A DNA stretch of 64,000 bases from Candidatus Parcubacteria bacterium (GTDB lineage Bacteria; Patescibacteriota; Microgenomatia; UBA1406; GWC2-37-13). Below are positions 36,497 through 46,737 of this stretch, piece by piece. Below the pieces are notes generated by a model. That model did no database searches, had not been told where the DNA came from, and worked only from the letters and a program-made list of their open reading frames with translations. A program made the position numbers and the translations under genes. The stretch is taken from contig JBDKFK010000004.1 in the NCBI GenBank assembly GCA_039798745.1, positions 21,178 to 85,177 on the forward strand, given 5' to 3'. Numbering within the stretch: the stretch's first letter is position 1; each line of letters starts with the position of its first letter.

Positions 36497-38323
36497 ATGG
36501 AAATTCGTAATATCGCTATTATTGCGCACGTAGATCACGGTAAGACTACACTGGTCGACGCTTTATTAAAACAGACTCACACATTCAGAGATAATCAACG
36601 CGAGATGACTCAGGATCTTATTATGGATTCCAACGATCTGGAACGCGAAAAGGGCATTACTATACTTGCAAAAAATACCTCGGTTTTTTATAAAGACGTT
36701 AAGATCAATATTATTGATACTCCCGGCCATGCAGACTTTGGTGGTGAGGTTGAGCGTGTTATTAACATGGCAAGTGGCGCGATTCTTCTTGTAGACGCAG
36801 CCGAAGGACCGTTACCTCAAACCAAGTTTGTACTTAAAAAAGCTTTGGAAGCTAAGCTTAAGGTAATACTTATTATTAATAAAATCGACAAAAAGGATGC
36901 TCGCCCCATGGAAGTGATTCGACTGGTAGAAGATCTGTTCCTTGAGTTGGCACAGGATGATGACGCTCTGCACTTTCCCATACTTTATGCAGTCGGGAGA
37001 GACGGCAAGGCATTTTTAGAGTTACCTGAAAATTATACAAGCGACACACCAGGAGATCTCTCACCGTTATTTGATACTATTCTAAAAGAACTTCCTAACA
37101 GCGCAATAAATGAAAATGAGCCATATCAGATGGTTGTTTCTACTCTAGATTACGATAATTACGTGGGTAAATTATGTATCGGAAAAGTAACCCGTGGAAC
37201 TCTAGAAAAAGGTAAATCTATAGTACTGGTGAACGAAAAAGGAATTATCGGCACATACAAAGCTTCAAAACTCTATACAAGCATGGGCTTGCAGAGACTG
37301 GAAGTAGATAAGGTAACCTCAGGAGACATCATTGCTATTGCAGGTATTCCAGAGATGACCATAGGACAGACCGTAACTGACCCTGCAACACCAGAAGCGT
37401 TGCCAAGTATAAATGTTGAAGACCCAACAATCAAAATAAGTTTGGGACCGAATACCAGTCCATTTGCCGGTAAAGAAGGTAAATTTTCTACCTCCCGCCA
37501 GATACGTGAAAGACTTATGAAGGAAAAAGAGACCAATCTGGGTCTGAGAATTGAAGATGAAGAAGAGGGTGTTGGCTTTACCGTGCATGGTAGAGGAGAG
37601 TTACATTTAGCTGTTCTTATTGAGACAATGCGCCGTGAAGGATTTGAAATGCAGGTGTCTAAACCGCACGTAATCTACAAAACTATCGATGGACAGGTAT
37701 GCGAGCCATTTGAAGAAGTAACTATAGACGTTCATCAGGATTTTGTCGGTATCGTATCGGAGGAAATGGGAAAACGTAAGGCTATAATGCAGGATATGGT
37801 AAAAGATCACAACGACAATACACGTCTTACCTATAAAATATCTAGTCAGAATCTTATCGGTATTCGTAATACCTTACTTACTAAAACAAGAGGTACCGCC
37901 ATTCTTAATACATATCTGCTGGGATACGAACCCAAAGGTACTAAAATGGAAAATATTAGAAACGGTGCTCTTATCGCAGTAAAGCCGGGAACAACGTTGG
38001 GATATGGTATCGCGAATGCTCAGGATCGTGGTACATTGTTTATAGGTACCGGAGTTGATGTGTATGAAGGGATGATAGTTGGAGTAGCCAGTAAAGTACA
38101 AGATATTGAGGTTAATGTCTGTAAAGAAAAACAACTTACCAATAACCGTTCATCCGGTGAAGGGGTAAATATACAGCTTACTCCGCCCACACCTATGAGT
38201 CTCGAGCAGAGTCTGGATTTCATCAATGATGACGAACTTCTGGAAGTAACGCCTCTCAATCTGCGTATGAGAAAACGTGGACTTACGGCGTCTGCGAGAC
38301 GGGTACAAAAAAGACAAGACTAA
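36497..38323 (+). CDS. typA: Translational GTPase TypA/BipA
   Basis: IRNIAIIAHVDHGKTTLVDALLKQ, DTPGHADFGGEV and NKIDK. The length of 608 aa and the domain order are typical of BipA. Confidence 0.95.
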   Translation: MEIRNIAIIAHVDHGKTTLVDALLKQTHTFRDNQREMTQDLIMDSNDLEREKGITILAKNTSVFYKDVKINIIDTPGHADFGGEVERVINMASGAILLVDAAEGPLPQTKFVLKKALEAKLKVILIINKIDKKDARPMEVIRLVEDLFLELAQDDDALHFPILYAVGRDGKAFLELPENYTSDTPGDLSPLFDTILKELPNSAINENEPYQMVVSTLDYDNYVGKLCIGKVTRGTLEKGKSIVLVNEKGIIGTYKASKLYTSMGLQRLEVDKVTSGDIIAIAGIPEMTIGQTVTDPATPEALPSINVEDPTIKISLGPNTSPFAGKEGKFSTSRQIRERLMKEKETNLGLRIEDEEEGVGFTVHGRGELHLAVLIETMRREGFEMQVSKPHVIYKTIDGQVCEPFEEVTIDVHQDFVGIVSEEMGKRKAIMQDMVKDHNDNTRLTYKISSQNLIGIRNTLLTKTRGTAILNTYLLGYEPKGTKMENIRNGALIAVKPGTTLGYGIANAQDRGTLFIGTGVDVYEGMIVGVASKVQDIEVNVCKEKQLTNNRSSGEGVNIQLTPPTPMSLEQSLDFINDDELLEVTPLNLRMRKRGLTASARRVQKRQD

Positions 38324-38329
38324 ACGAGG

Positions 38330-38578
38330 GTGTATAATAAGGGTATGTCAGGAGAACGTGGTTCTGCATATTCGCCGGAACTATCAGAGCGTGAGTTAGC
38401 AGATGCTGCTAAGCGCGCTGATGAAATGAGAGAGCTTGTTACTTCACGTGCCGATCTTCGCCAACTCGAAGAAAATATAGCTAATATATTTTCTGCTGTT
38501 GAGCTGGGTATTATTCCTTGGGATATCGCGATACGTGTACTTCATGGGCTATCTACCGTGAGTTTTGACGAAACCTAA
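38330..38578 (+). CDS. Hypothetical small protein
   Basis: 82-aa ORF with no motif. It overlaps the 3' end of the convergent gene. Confidence 0.25.
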   Translation: MYNKGMSGERGSAYSPELSERELADAAKRADEMRELVTSRADLRQLEENIANIFSAVELGIIPWDIAIRVLHGLSTVSFDET

Positions 38579-40061
38579 AAATGTGGTAGTTTTCTATCTT
38601 CTTTATGTATTGGAGGTTTTTATAAAATGTGGGCGCGCGAATTTTATAGTCTTCAATCTGAGGATCTACCAGCGATACAAAGTGAGGAGTGCCGTATTGC
38701 TTAAAAAATGTACGAAACGAAGAGTCGCTGATGGGCATGACGTAGGTACTCATTGCGGCAAATGGTTCGTTTATAATCCAGTGTACCGGATAAATTCCAG
38801 GAGCATTCCCGACCAGTTTATATAGAGTGTGAGATGCGTTGAGAAATGTATATTTTGGTTGAAGTACGAAACTGTTATAGCCCCACCATATGTTGAGAAC
38901 TATGTCTGCTCCTACACAAAGACCAATGACCGTTATATAAAGATTCCCGTAGATCGTTGACATATCTTTCACGCGCTTCCGGCGAAAGAGCGAGGCAACA
39001 ATTATTATAATCGGAACGATCGCGGAAATGAGAAACCGCGCATACTTGTCGGGCATTGAAAACATATGAACCAGGAATAACACCAGCCATAACGCCGCGA
39101 GCGAGGCAATAGATATTTCATATGAGCGGCGCTTGTTTAGATGAAAGTATAAGGCGGCAATAACTCCTCCTATAAGTGTTGGCATGTAGGTCCAAAATGG
39201 AGAAACTACAACAAGGCGCAGTTGTGTAATAGCGTATGACGGTACAAAGAGCGCCAGCCGAGGACGATTGCCGCCGATTGTTGCTTTGTAATTAGCATAC
39301 CAGATATCCTGGTTTGGAGCCCAGATATGTACAGCATATAAGAGCATGCATATCGAAAGTATAAACATGAATCCAACAGTTATATGTAGATATTTTTTCA
39401 CATTCTTTGTTTGTACGAAGTCATATAACCACGAAATAACAATTACCCCCAGAATGCCGGCTCCCGATTGTTTTGTAAAAAATGCAAGCATAAAGCATAG
39501 AGCTGTAATAGATCCCCACATAACGTATTTCCGACTAGATTTGAGCGTCATATAACAGGCAATGAATGTAACCAGAGAAAACAACACCATCGTGCTTTCG
39601 GGAAGCGCAGATCGGCTTATTGCAATACTGAAGTAGTTAAGGGATAGTAACAGTACTGCGACTGCAGATGGTAGAGTGCCCCATACCACATATAAAAATC
39701 CACCGAGAATAGCGATAGTAAGTGTAGAAGAGACTATTGAAACGGCACGGAACCCATAGTTATGCAAGTCGAATACGTAGAGTCCTGCTACTTGAAGTCG
39801 AGGATATACGGGCATTATAGCTCCGTAACTGAGAGAATCTTTGTTCCAGCTGTTGTACAGATAGTAATTTCTAGCAGCGTACGAGTGCAAGCCCTCATCT
39901 TCTGTATTTATAAAACGATCTGAGAAGGGATCTGCCTGCGGATGAACAACTCGGAAGAATATACCAAGAAACAAGCCACTGATAGTTATAAATAGAAGCA
40001 ATTTTCCTGTCATACTCTTCATACGTACCCGTATATTACCGTTATTCATTTTATTTTGCAA
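38553..40061 (-). CDS. Polytopic GT-C membrane glycosyltransferase (family 39 / ArnT-PMT-like)
   Basis: About 12 TM helices. The first loop [16 protein letters not shown] carries the DE(G) motif of the fold. Confidence 0.5.
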   Translation of the reverse strand: MQNKMNNGNIRVRMKSMTGKLLLFITISGLFLGIFFRVVHPQADPFSDRFINTEDEGLHSYAARNYYLYNSWNKDSLSYGAIMPVYPRLQVAGLYVFDLHNYGFRAVSIVSSTLTIAILGGFLYVVWGTLPSAVAVLLLSLNYFSIAISRSALPESTMVLFSLVTFIACYMTLKSSRKYVMWGSITALCFMLAFFTKQSGAGILGVIVISWLYDFVQTKNVKKYLHITVGFMFILSICMLLYAVHIWAPNQDIWYANYKATIGGNRPRLALFVPSYAITQLRLVVVSPFWTYMPTLIGGVIAALYFHLNKRRSYEISIASLAALWLVLFLVHMFSMPDKYARFLISAIVPIIIIVASLFRRKRVKDMSTIYGNLYITVIGLCVGADIVLNIWWGYNSFVLQPKYTFLNASHTLYKLVGNAPGIYPVHWIINEPFAAMSTYVMPISDSSFRTFFKQYGTPHFVSLVDPQIEDYKIRAPTFYKNLQYIKKIENYHIFRFRQNSR

Positions 40062-40077
40062 TTTGTATAATGATCAT

Positions 40078-40683
40078 ATGAAAGTACCCATGAAGGATAA
40101 AGAAGGGAATACAATGACCATTGAAGTGTTTATAACAAAAGCGTTGAACCGTTTTCTTAATATAGTGCTTGAATGTAATATCTTTCTTCTTACCTTGTTT
40201 GGATATATACCGTCACACTTCATACGAAAATGTGTGTACCGTTTAAGCGGCATAACCATAGGCAAAGGATCGACTATTCATATGGGTGCGAAGTTTTATG
40301 ACCCTGTTAATATTACTATCGGAGAAGACACAATAATAGGCGAGGGTGCGGTTCTGGACGGAAGGGATGAACTCACTATAGGTAATCATGTAGATATCGC
40401 ATCTGAAGTAATGATCTATAACTCCCATCATGATATAAATGATGAGCACTTTTCTGCTATATCCGCGCCTGTCGTAATTGAAGATTATGTTTTTATAGGA
40501 CCGCGCGCGATTATCTTACCCGGTGTTACGATCGGTAAAGGCGCGGTTGTAGCCGCAGGAGCTGTTGTTACTAAGCATGTTCCTGATGGAGTTGTAGTAG
40601 GTGGTGTTCCAGCAAAGAAAATAAGTGAACGGAAGCTGAAGACATTTCAGTATAAACTAGGAAGAGCTCGCTGGTTTAGGTAA
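40078..40683 (+). CDS. Hexapeptide-repeat (LbH) acyltransferase
   Basis: Repeated [LIV]G-x4 turns: [15 protein letters not shown]...[41 protein letters not shown]. Confidence 0.8.
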   Translation: MKVPMKDKEGNTMTIEVFITKALNRFLNIVLECNIFLLTLFGYIPSHFIRKCVYRLSGITIGKGSTIHMGAKFYDPVNITIGEDTIIGEGAVLDGRDELTIGNHVDIASEVMIYNSHHDINDEHFSAISAPVVIEDYVFIGPRAIILPGVTIGKGAVVAAGAVVTKHVPDGVVVGGVPAKKISERKLKTFQYKLGRARWFR

Positions 40684-40690
40684 CCTTCAT

Positions 40691-42103
40691 TTAATCTGCC
40701 TGTCCTACAAGAAATACTGCCTGCCATGGACGGTACGCTGACACAAATGTATCGGAGATGATAGTTTGGTTGTCGCGTGTTACTTTGTAGTTGAATGTTG
40801 CTCTGGCGCCCGGAGCTGACCAATCTACCTGTTTTACTACACCCTTTTTAAGGGTTGGATCATCCTGGTATGCGGGCGGCGGAGGCGGTTGGTTATTGGA
40901 AACTACCGGCTTTGATATCTCCACGGACCGATTATCTTTTTTGCCATACATCTTAAAAGTTAGTATATTATTCTCTTCGTCTACTGCGGTAAGTATGAGG
41001 ATGGAGGATGGAGTGTCGTTTTTTATTTTAAGATCCACAGTTGGCGCAAACACAGTCGCGTCGAGTCCGGGTGCTGCATCGTTTTCGTAGTAATGTACTC
41101 GATAAGCATGCGCGTGTCGTTCGATAATAGGTAGCCCCGCGTTCATAGCTGCTCTAAAGAGCGTTGTGGAAACCTGACATACACCGCCGCCATCGCCTAA
41201 CACAGTCTTTCCATTTTTTATGATGTATGCCGGTTGGTAGCCTGTAAGGGCCGAGATGTCTCCTATAGTATCAACAAAGGAGAATACTTTATCTTTGGGT
41301 ATAAGCACTCCATTGAATTTTGACGCAGCCAGTATAACATTATGAACACGTCCCGGAATAGAGCCGCTATAGTCGGACTGTCCTTCAGCAATCAGTTCTT
41401 CAATACCGAATTGGTTAGCCTCACTTAACGTTATCTCCGGTTCAATAACAGAGTCTACAAGAGCAATTTGTATATTCCCGGGTTTTTGTTTCAGGTCACG
41501 GATCCGTAGGTCGATATCTTTGAGTAATTTATCACTGTTAAGTTTGAGTCCTTTTTCTTCCTGTCTGAATGTAACAACACGTCCATCTTTGAAATCAAAA
41601 AGCGCGTTTTTGGCCGGTTTGTTATAGCTTTCTTCAATATCTTCTATAAACTCAGTGACAGGTGTCTTATCGTACTGGACCGAAGTGGAAAACTCGAACT
41701 TTGCAAGCTTTAAGAGAGATGAGAGTTTTTGATATATCCGGGTTGAGGCATTTGGTGTTCTTCCAATAAGAAACGCGCGATCCACCATATCCCTGCCGTT
41801 TATACTTACCTGCAGAGCTGTAGCCTCAAATGTTGCTATGGGTTCGTTATGATATAGAACCATCATGCGCGTTGACTTAAGATCTTCATTTCTATTGTTG
41901 AAAGTCTTCATGAGCTCCTGCTTTGTTTTTTCTCCTACATTTCGGCCGTCTATATATACATTAGGATATACTCGGTCTGCAAGGTAGGCTTGTTTCTTGA
42001 GAAATAGGTGTATCCCAAAAACAGCCAGTGCAATAAGAATGAATCCAATGATTACGATGTTACGTACTATGAATGTGTCTTTTTCTCCGCGATTTGCTAT
42101 CAT
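40691..42103 (-). CDS. VanW-family protein
   Basis: An N-terminal TM helix and FSFVDTIGDISALTGYQPAYII...GGGVCQVSTTLFRAAMNAGLPIIERHAH. The start is uncertain (42103 or 42145). Confidence 0.75.
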   Translation of the reverse strand: MIANRGEKDTFIVRNIVIIGFILIALAVFGIHLFLKKQAYLADRVYPNVYIDGRNVGEKTKQELMKTFNNRNEDLKSTRMMVLYHNEPIATFEATALQVSINGRDMVDRAFLIGRTPNASTRIYQKLSSLLKLAKFEFSTSVQYDKTPVTEFIEDIEESYNKPAKNALFDFKDGRVVTFRQEEKGLKLNSDKLLKDIDLRIRDLKQKPGNIQIALVDSVIEPEITLSEANQFGIEELIAEGQSDYSGSIPGRVHNVILAASKFNGVLIPKDKVFSFVDTIGDISALTGYQPAYIIKNGKTVLGDGGGVCQVSTTLFRAAMNAGLPIIERHAHAYRVHYYENDAAPGLDATVFAPTVDLKIKNDTPSSILILTAVDEENNILTFKMYGKKDNRSVEISKPVVSNNQPPPPPAYQDDPTLKKGVVKQVDWSAPGARATFNYKVTRDNQTIISDTFVSAYRPWQAVFLVGQAD

Positions 42104-42109
42104 ACATTT

Positions 42110-43630
42110 ATGGACAATAATAAAACAAATTCCGGTGGAAATCAATCACCGGATGACTTCGAACAGCCGAAGCCGATCTTTGAAAGCGTCCCAGTAGAGG
42201 AAACCCCTGCTGAAAACCCTAGCGCAGGCATGCAACCAGAAGAGCTTGCGCCTGAAGTAGCAACTAGCGATGAAGCTTTCTCCAGTGCACCTCCTCCTAT
42301 GCCTCCCGAATTTGGCGGCCCACCTGCAGATGATAACAAAACTAAATATATTATTATTGGCGGCGCCGTGCTCTTTTTTATTATTATCCTCGTTATTTTG
42401 TTGCGTCTTATTTTTGGAGGAAAAAAAGAGGTCGCGACACAACCTGTTGTTCTTTCATACTGGGGCTTGTGGGAAGATACAGCCGTTTTTAAGCCGTTGA
42501 TTGATGAATATCAGAAAAAATATCCCAATGTTACTATTAATTACGAAAAATGGAATCCTCAGGACGATTATAGACAAAAACTCATAGCGCGAAGTAAGAA
42601 CGGAAAAGGCCCTGACATCTTTAGATTTCATAATACCTGGCTTCCGCAGCTTAATGAAATTGCGGCACCGCTGCCCGCGAGTATTATGACCAACGATGAG
42701 TTTGAGAAAACATTTTATCCAATTCATGCTCAGGATCTGAAAGTAGATACCTATTATTACGGACTGCCGTTGGAAATAGATGGGCTCGTGCTTATATACA
42801 ACGATACTCTTTTTGCCAATGCCGGCATAAATAAAGCACCTTCTAACTGGGATGAGCTGATTAACGATGTAGAAAAATTAACGGTTAAGGATAAAGACGG
42901 AAAATTGATAACCTCGGGTGTCGCTATAGGAACTGCGGGAAATGTGGAGCATTTTTCTGAGATTTTTGGTCTTATGCTCAGACAGAACGGCGGCGATATG
43001 AAGAGCCTCAATCAACAAGAAGCAGTCCAGACACTTGAAGTCTATCGTAAATTCGCGGAACCGCCTAACCCTTTCTGGGATGAAACCATGCCTAACTCTA
43101 TAACAGCATTTATTCAGGAAAAGGTTGCTATGATACTTGCCCCATCGTGGCAGGTTGCTGTAATAAAAACCGCAAACCCAGATCTGAAAATAAAAGTTGC
43201 TGAAGTGCCAAACGTGCCTGGTGCTGAGAATATATCTATGGCTAATTATTGGGTTGAGGGTGTATCGAAGGTCAGTAAGAACCAGCTTGAAGCCTGGAAG
43301 TTTCTCCGTTTTCTTGTAGAGAAAGAGAATATGACAAAATTATATGAACTTCAAAGCAAAACGAGACTTTTCGGTGAACCATATTCCCGTATCGATCTGG
43401 CAGATAAACTGGACAAAGATCCCTATGTCGGCGCTGTTATTCGTCAGGGTAAAAATTATTTTTCCTATCCCATGGTTACCCGCACATATGACAGCGGACT
43501 CAACGACCAAATAGTAAATTATCTGCGAGACGCGATCAACGCAACCGAAAATGGCGTATCCTATCAGGAAGCTTTGCAGACTGCAAAAAAAGGTATTGAT
43601 ACTGTTCTGGATACATATAAAATTAAATAG
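42110..43630 (+). CDS. ABC-transporter extracellular solute-binding protein (family 1-like) with a disordered N-terminus and TM anchor
   Basis: A Pro/Glu-rich N-terminus and a TM helix. The body shows YWGLWEDT...YQKKYPNVTINYEK...GKGPDIFRFHNTWLPQL, the sugar-type SBP pattern. The start is uncertain. Confidence 0.65.
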   Translation: MDNNKTNSGGNQSPDDFEQPKPIFESVPVEETPAENPSAGMQPEELAPEVATSDEAFSSAPPPMPPEFGGPPADDNKTKYIIIGGAVLFFIIILVILLRLIFGGKKEVATQPVVLSYWGLWEDTAVFKPLIDEYQKKYPNVTINYEKWNPQDDYRQKLIARSKNGKGPDIFRFHNTWLPQLNEIAAPLPASIMTNDEFEKTFYPIHAQDLKVDTYYYGLPLEIDGLVLIYNDTLFANAGINKAPSNWDELINDVEKLTVKDKDGKLITSGVAIGTAGNVEHFSEIFGLMLRQNGGDMKSLNQQEAVQTLEVYRKFAEPPNPFWDETMPNSITAFIQEKVAMILAPSWQVAVIKTANPDLKIKVAEVPNVPGAENISMANYWVEGVSKVSKNQLEAWKFLRFLVEKENMTKLYELQSKTRLFGEPYSRIDLADKLDKDPYVGAVIRQGKNYFSYPMVTRTYDSGLNDQIVNYLRDAINATENGVSYQEALQTAKKGIDTVLDTYKIK

Positions 43631-43670
43631 CCTAATACCTATTCAGGTTCTGTTACAATAGTTACATACT

Positions 43671-45869
43671 ATGTTTCTATCATCATTATTCTCGAAGTAT
43701 AAGAAAAGCAAAGAATATTATTTTGGACTCTTTCTCAAAGGCGACGAAGCAGTTGGTTTGGTATTTGAGGTATCCGAAAATAATCTTATAATTCTGGACA
43801 CCGAGCGATCTTCGTATTCGAACGGATGGGAAAATATTGTAGAAGATATAGACGATCTTATCTTCAAACTCGAAAGTAAGACAAAACAACATCTTAAGGA
43901 TGTTATTTTCTTTACCTACTCTTATTTCATAGACGAAAACTCTCATGAAATAAAGCAGCCCTACAAAGATATTATTAAGTCTCTTCTCAAAAAACTTGAG
44001 CTTAAACCGCTGGGTTATATTGAGTGTTTTGAGGCAGTAGCCTCATACCTGGGAAGAAGAGATAATATACCTCTCAATGCAATCCTTATAGAGCTTGATA
44101 AGCATAATGTAGATATCTGTATATACAAAAGCGGACGCAAAATATTTGCCAAAAATTCTTCGAGAACTAATAACCTCATAGAAGATATGACATCAATGTT
44201 TGATGTACTGAAAGGGCAGGTGTTGCCTTCACGTATTGTGTTGTACGACGCTGCCGATCTACACGATGAGTCAACCAAGATAATTGCGCATAAATGGGAC
44301 GAGGAAATTTTTGTGCAACCTCCCAGAGTGGAGGTTGTGAAAGAAGATAAACTGTATAAAGAACTAGGAGAAATTTTTGTGCAGCAGCTCTTCGCTGATA
44401 GTTCGGAGAGCAACATGCAGGATGTTACCACAGAACCCGCTGAAACTATCGCTGAAGATCCTGAATCTGAACCTGAGAACACTGTTCCTGCCAGCGAAGA
44501 AGAACCAGCAGAAACTACGGTTGTAGAAACACCTCATGTCGCGGGGGGAGTGATGGGATTTGTAATCGGTAAAGATATTAGTGCTTCCAAATCTGTACAA
44601 CCCAAACAGGCAGAGGTGTCGCAGGAATCATCGTTTGGTGCGGAGACAGATAGCGAGGAAGTTACAGGTATCTCACGTGCTCCCCGCAAGTCATTTATAT
44701 TTCCTACTATACGTATGCCACATATACAGATGAAAGGTTTTTTCAAATACGCGTGGATTGTCGGTATTATTATGATAGTCGCTTCCCTTTTTTCTATTGA
44801 GTACTATTTCCACAAAGCACACTTAACGGTACTTCTCCCTGCAAAATCACTCTCAAAAAAGATTGATATCAATACCACCATAGGATCTACTTCTTCCACG
44901 GGGCCAAATATATTAACGGGCACATATACCGCATCGGTAGATGACAGTTCATCAACTACCGGCAAAAGAGATTTGGGAGAGAAAGCGCGAGGTGATGTAA
45001 TGCTTCATAATTTTAGCGACTCTGACAAACTTATATCAAAAGGAACAGTGCTGGTAACAGAAGGGAAAAGTTTTGTGCTTGATCAGGATGTTAAAATTGC
45101 TTCAGCCAGCGAAAGTATTGTTGACGGTGGTCTGGTAAAACAGCCGGGTAAATCTAAAGGTACCGTGCTTGCCTCCACACTTGGTCCTGAAGGAAATATA
45201 GCAAAAAGTAAAAGGTTTGCTATCGGAGATTTGCCATCATCCACATATTTTGCCATTAATGAGAGCGCCTTCTCGGGCGGGACGCGTAAGTCAATAAAGA
45301 CTGTTTCGCGCGATGATATAGAGGGGCTAAAAAAGAGCGCACTTGAGAAAGCAAAAAAAGAAAACGGCGAGGAGATCAAAAAGAAACTGGGGAAAAATGA
45401 TGTGCTCATTGATGCGTTAACAGAAGCTGCTGTTTCTGATTCAACACTTTCAAAAGAACTCGGCGAAGAAGCTGATGAACTGACTATGCAGGCTAAGGTT
45501 GATCTGACCTACTATTATTTTGATGGCGATCAGTTAAAAAAAGAGCTGGCTGAGGACATGAAAGCCGAGGCTCCTTCTGACTTCCAGATAGTGACAGACA
45601 AGCTAACCTTTAGTTTTGACAATGTAAAGAAAGATGAGGATGATGTCTCAATGGTCGTAAATGCTCATACGGTATCTGTCAAAGAAGTATCTACCGAGGC
45701 AATTTTATCTAAGGTGATAGGTAAAAAGAAGTCAGATCTTGATTCGGTGTTAAGAAGCGAGAACGGAGTTTCAGGATATCATGTGGATATAAAATCTCCT
45801 ATTGTTGTATTGGATCAATGGATGCCGTTTTTCAAAAACAATATCAAGCTTGACACATCCACCCTGTAA
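43671..45869 (+). CDS. Large hypothetical membrane protein (possible actin-like/FtsA-PilM-like N-terminal domain)
   Basis: 732 aa. The N-terminal ~230 aa have a weak ASKHA-like pattern (AILIELDKHNVDICIYKSGR). An acidic linker and a central TM helix follow, then an extracytoplasmic domain. Confidence 0.4.
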   Translation: MFLSSLFSKYKKSKEYYFGLFLKGDEAVGLVFEVSENNLIILDTERSSYSNGWENIVEDIDDLIFKLESKTKQHLKDVIFFTYSYFIDENSHEIKQPYKDIIKSLLKKLELKPLGYIECFEAVASYLGRRDNIPLNAILIELDKHNVDICIYKSGRKIFAKNSSRTNNLIEDMTSMFDVLKGQVLPSRIVLYDAADLHDESTKIIAHKWDEEIFVQPPRVEVVKEDKLYKELGEIFVQQLFADSSESNMQDVTTEPAETIAEDPESEPENTVPASEEEPAETTVVETPHVAGGVMGFVIGKDISASKSVQPKQAEVSQESSFGAETDSEEVTGISRAPRKSFIFPTIRMPHIQMKGFFKYAWIVGIIMIVASLFSIEYYFHKAHLTVLLPAKSLSKKIDINTTIGSTSSTGPNILTGTYTASVDDSSSTTGKRDLGEKARGDVMLHNFSDSDKLISKGTVLVTEGKSFVLDQDVKIASASESIVDGGLVKQPGKSKGTVLASTLGPEGNIAKSKRFAIGDLPSSTYFAINESAFSGGTRKSIKTVSRDDIEGLKKSALEKAKKENGEEIKKKLGKNDVLIDALTEAAVSDSTLSKELGEEADELTMQAKVDLTYYYFDGDQLKKELAEDMKAEAPSDFQIVTDKLTFSFDNVKKDEDDVSMVVNAHTVSVKEVSTEAILSKVIGKKKSDLDSVLRSENGVSGYHVDIKSPIVVLDQWMPFFKNNIKLDTSTL

Positions 45870-45898
45870 CAAGTATATTCATATATCCATACAGACTT

Positions 45899-46648
45899 AT
45901 GGCCCTCTATACATATTTAAAAGAACATAATACGCGTAAAAGACAGATGGTTCACATGATGTCTTATATCTCATTAATAATGGGCTCTCTTCTTCTGTTC
46001 TGGGCTTTCTATCCGATCATATCGTTTGAGGTGTACGCTCGGCTTTTTATCCAGCGGAATGTCGCCAGTCCCATACCGCATACCGAGATTGCGACTTCGC
46101 TCAAAGCGGCCGATTCGGTGTTGGGTAATTACGACGTCTATTCGTCAAACCTGCGCGATTTTGTACAGGCAAACCTATGGTTTCCAAGCAAACCGCAGAC
46201 GAAACCATCAGAAAAAATTGATGTAAAAGACTATTATATTTCGATCCCAAAGCTAAACATTTCCGCGGCGCATGTGGTAGTAGGTGGCACGGACCTCGCG
46301 TCCAGTCTCATTCACTACATACCTACCTCATTACCGGGTGAATACGGGAATGTTTCAATCTTCGGCCATTCGACACTTCCCCAACTATACAATCAGAAAG
46401 ACTATAAAACTATTTTTACGTACCTGCCATCGCTCGAAAAGGGTGATACAGTGATTGTGAAGATGGGCGAGCTTGAATATGAATATGAGGTGTACGATAT
46501 GTTCGTGGTAAAGCCTGACCATATCTCCGTACTTGAACAAAAATACGACGCTTCTTATCTTACACTCATAACATGCGTGCCTCCGGGTACATTCTGGAAC
46601 AGACTGGTAGTGCGCTCAAAACTTAAGAATCTTCCGAGTACTCCGTAA
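45899..46648 (+). CDS. Sortase family transpeptidase
   Basis: A TM anchor, the catalytic His context NVSIFGHST, Cys in LTLITCVPPG, and Arg in NRLVVRSK. Confidence 0.8.
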   Translation: MALYTYLKEHNTRKRQMVHMMSYISLIMGSLLLFWAFYPIISFEVYARLFIQRNVASPIPHTEIATSLKAADSVLGNYDVYSSNLRDFVQANLWFPSKPQTKPSEKIDVKDYYISIPKLNISAAHVVVGGTDLASSLIHYIPTSLPGEYGNVSIFGHSTLPQLYNQKDYKTIFTYLPSLEKGDTVIVKMGELEYEYEVYDMFVVKPDHISVLEQKYDASYLTLITCVPPGTFWNRLVVRSKLKNLPSTP

Positions 46649-46737
46649 CGAATTATCTGTATGTAACTCATACATCTGTCGAATCTGATCAAATTAGCTT
46701 CATTGATAACGATTTAAAACCATGATAAAATACGGCC

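Noticed and set aside
42008-42145. Apparent 138-nt head-to-head overlap of the VanW gene and the solute-binding-protein gene
   Set aside because: This is most likely an ORF-extension artefact. The internal ATGs at 42103 (minus) and 42110 (plus) remove the overlap. The exact starts remain uncertain.
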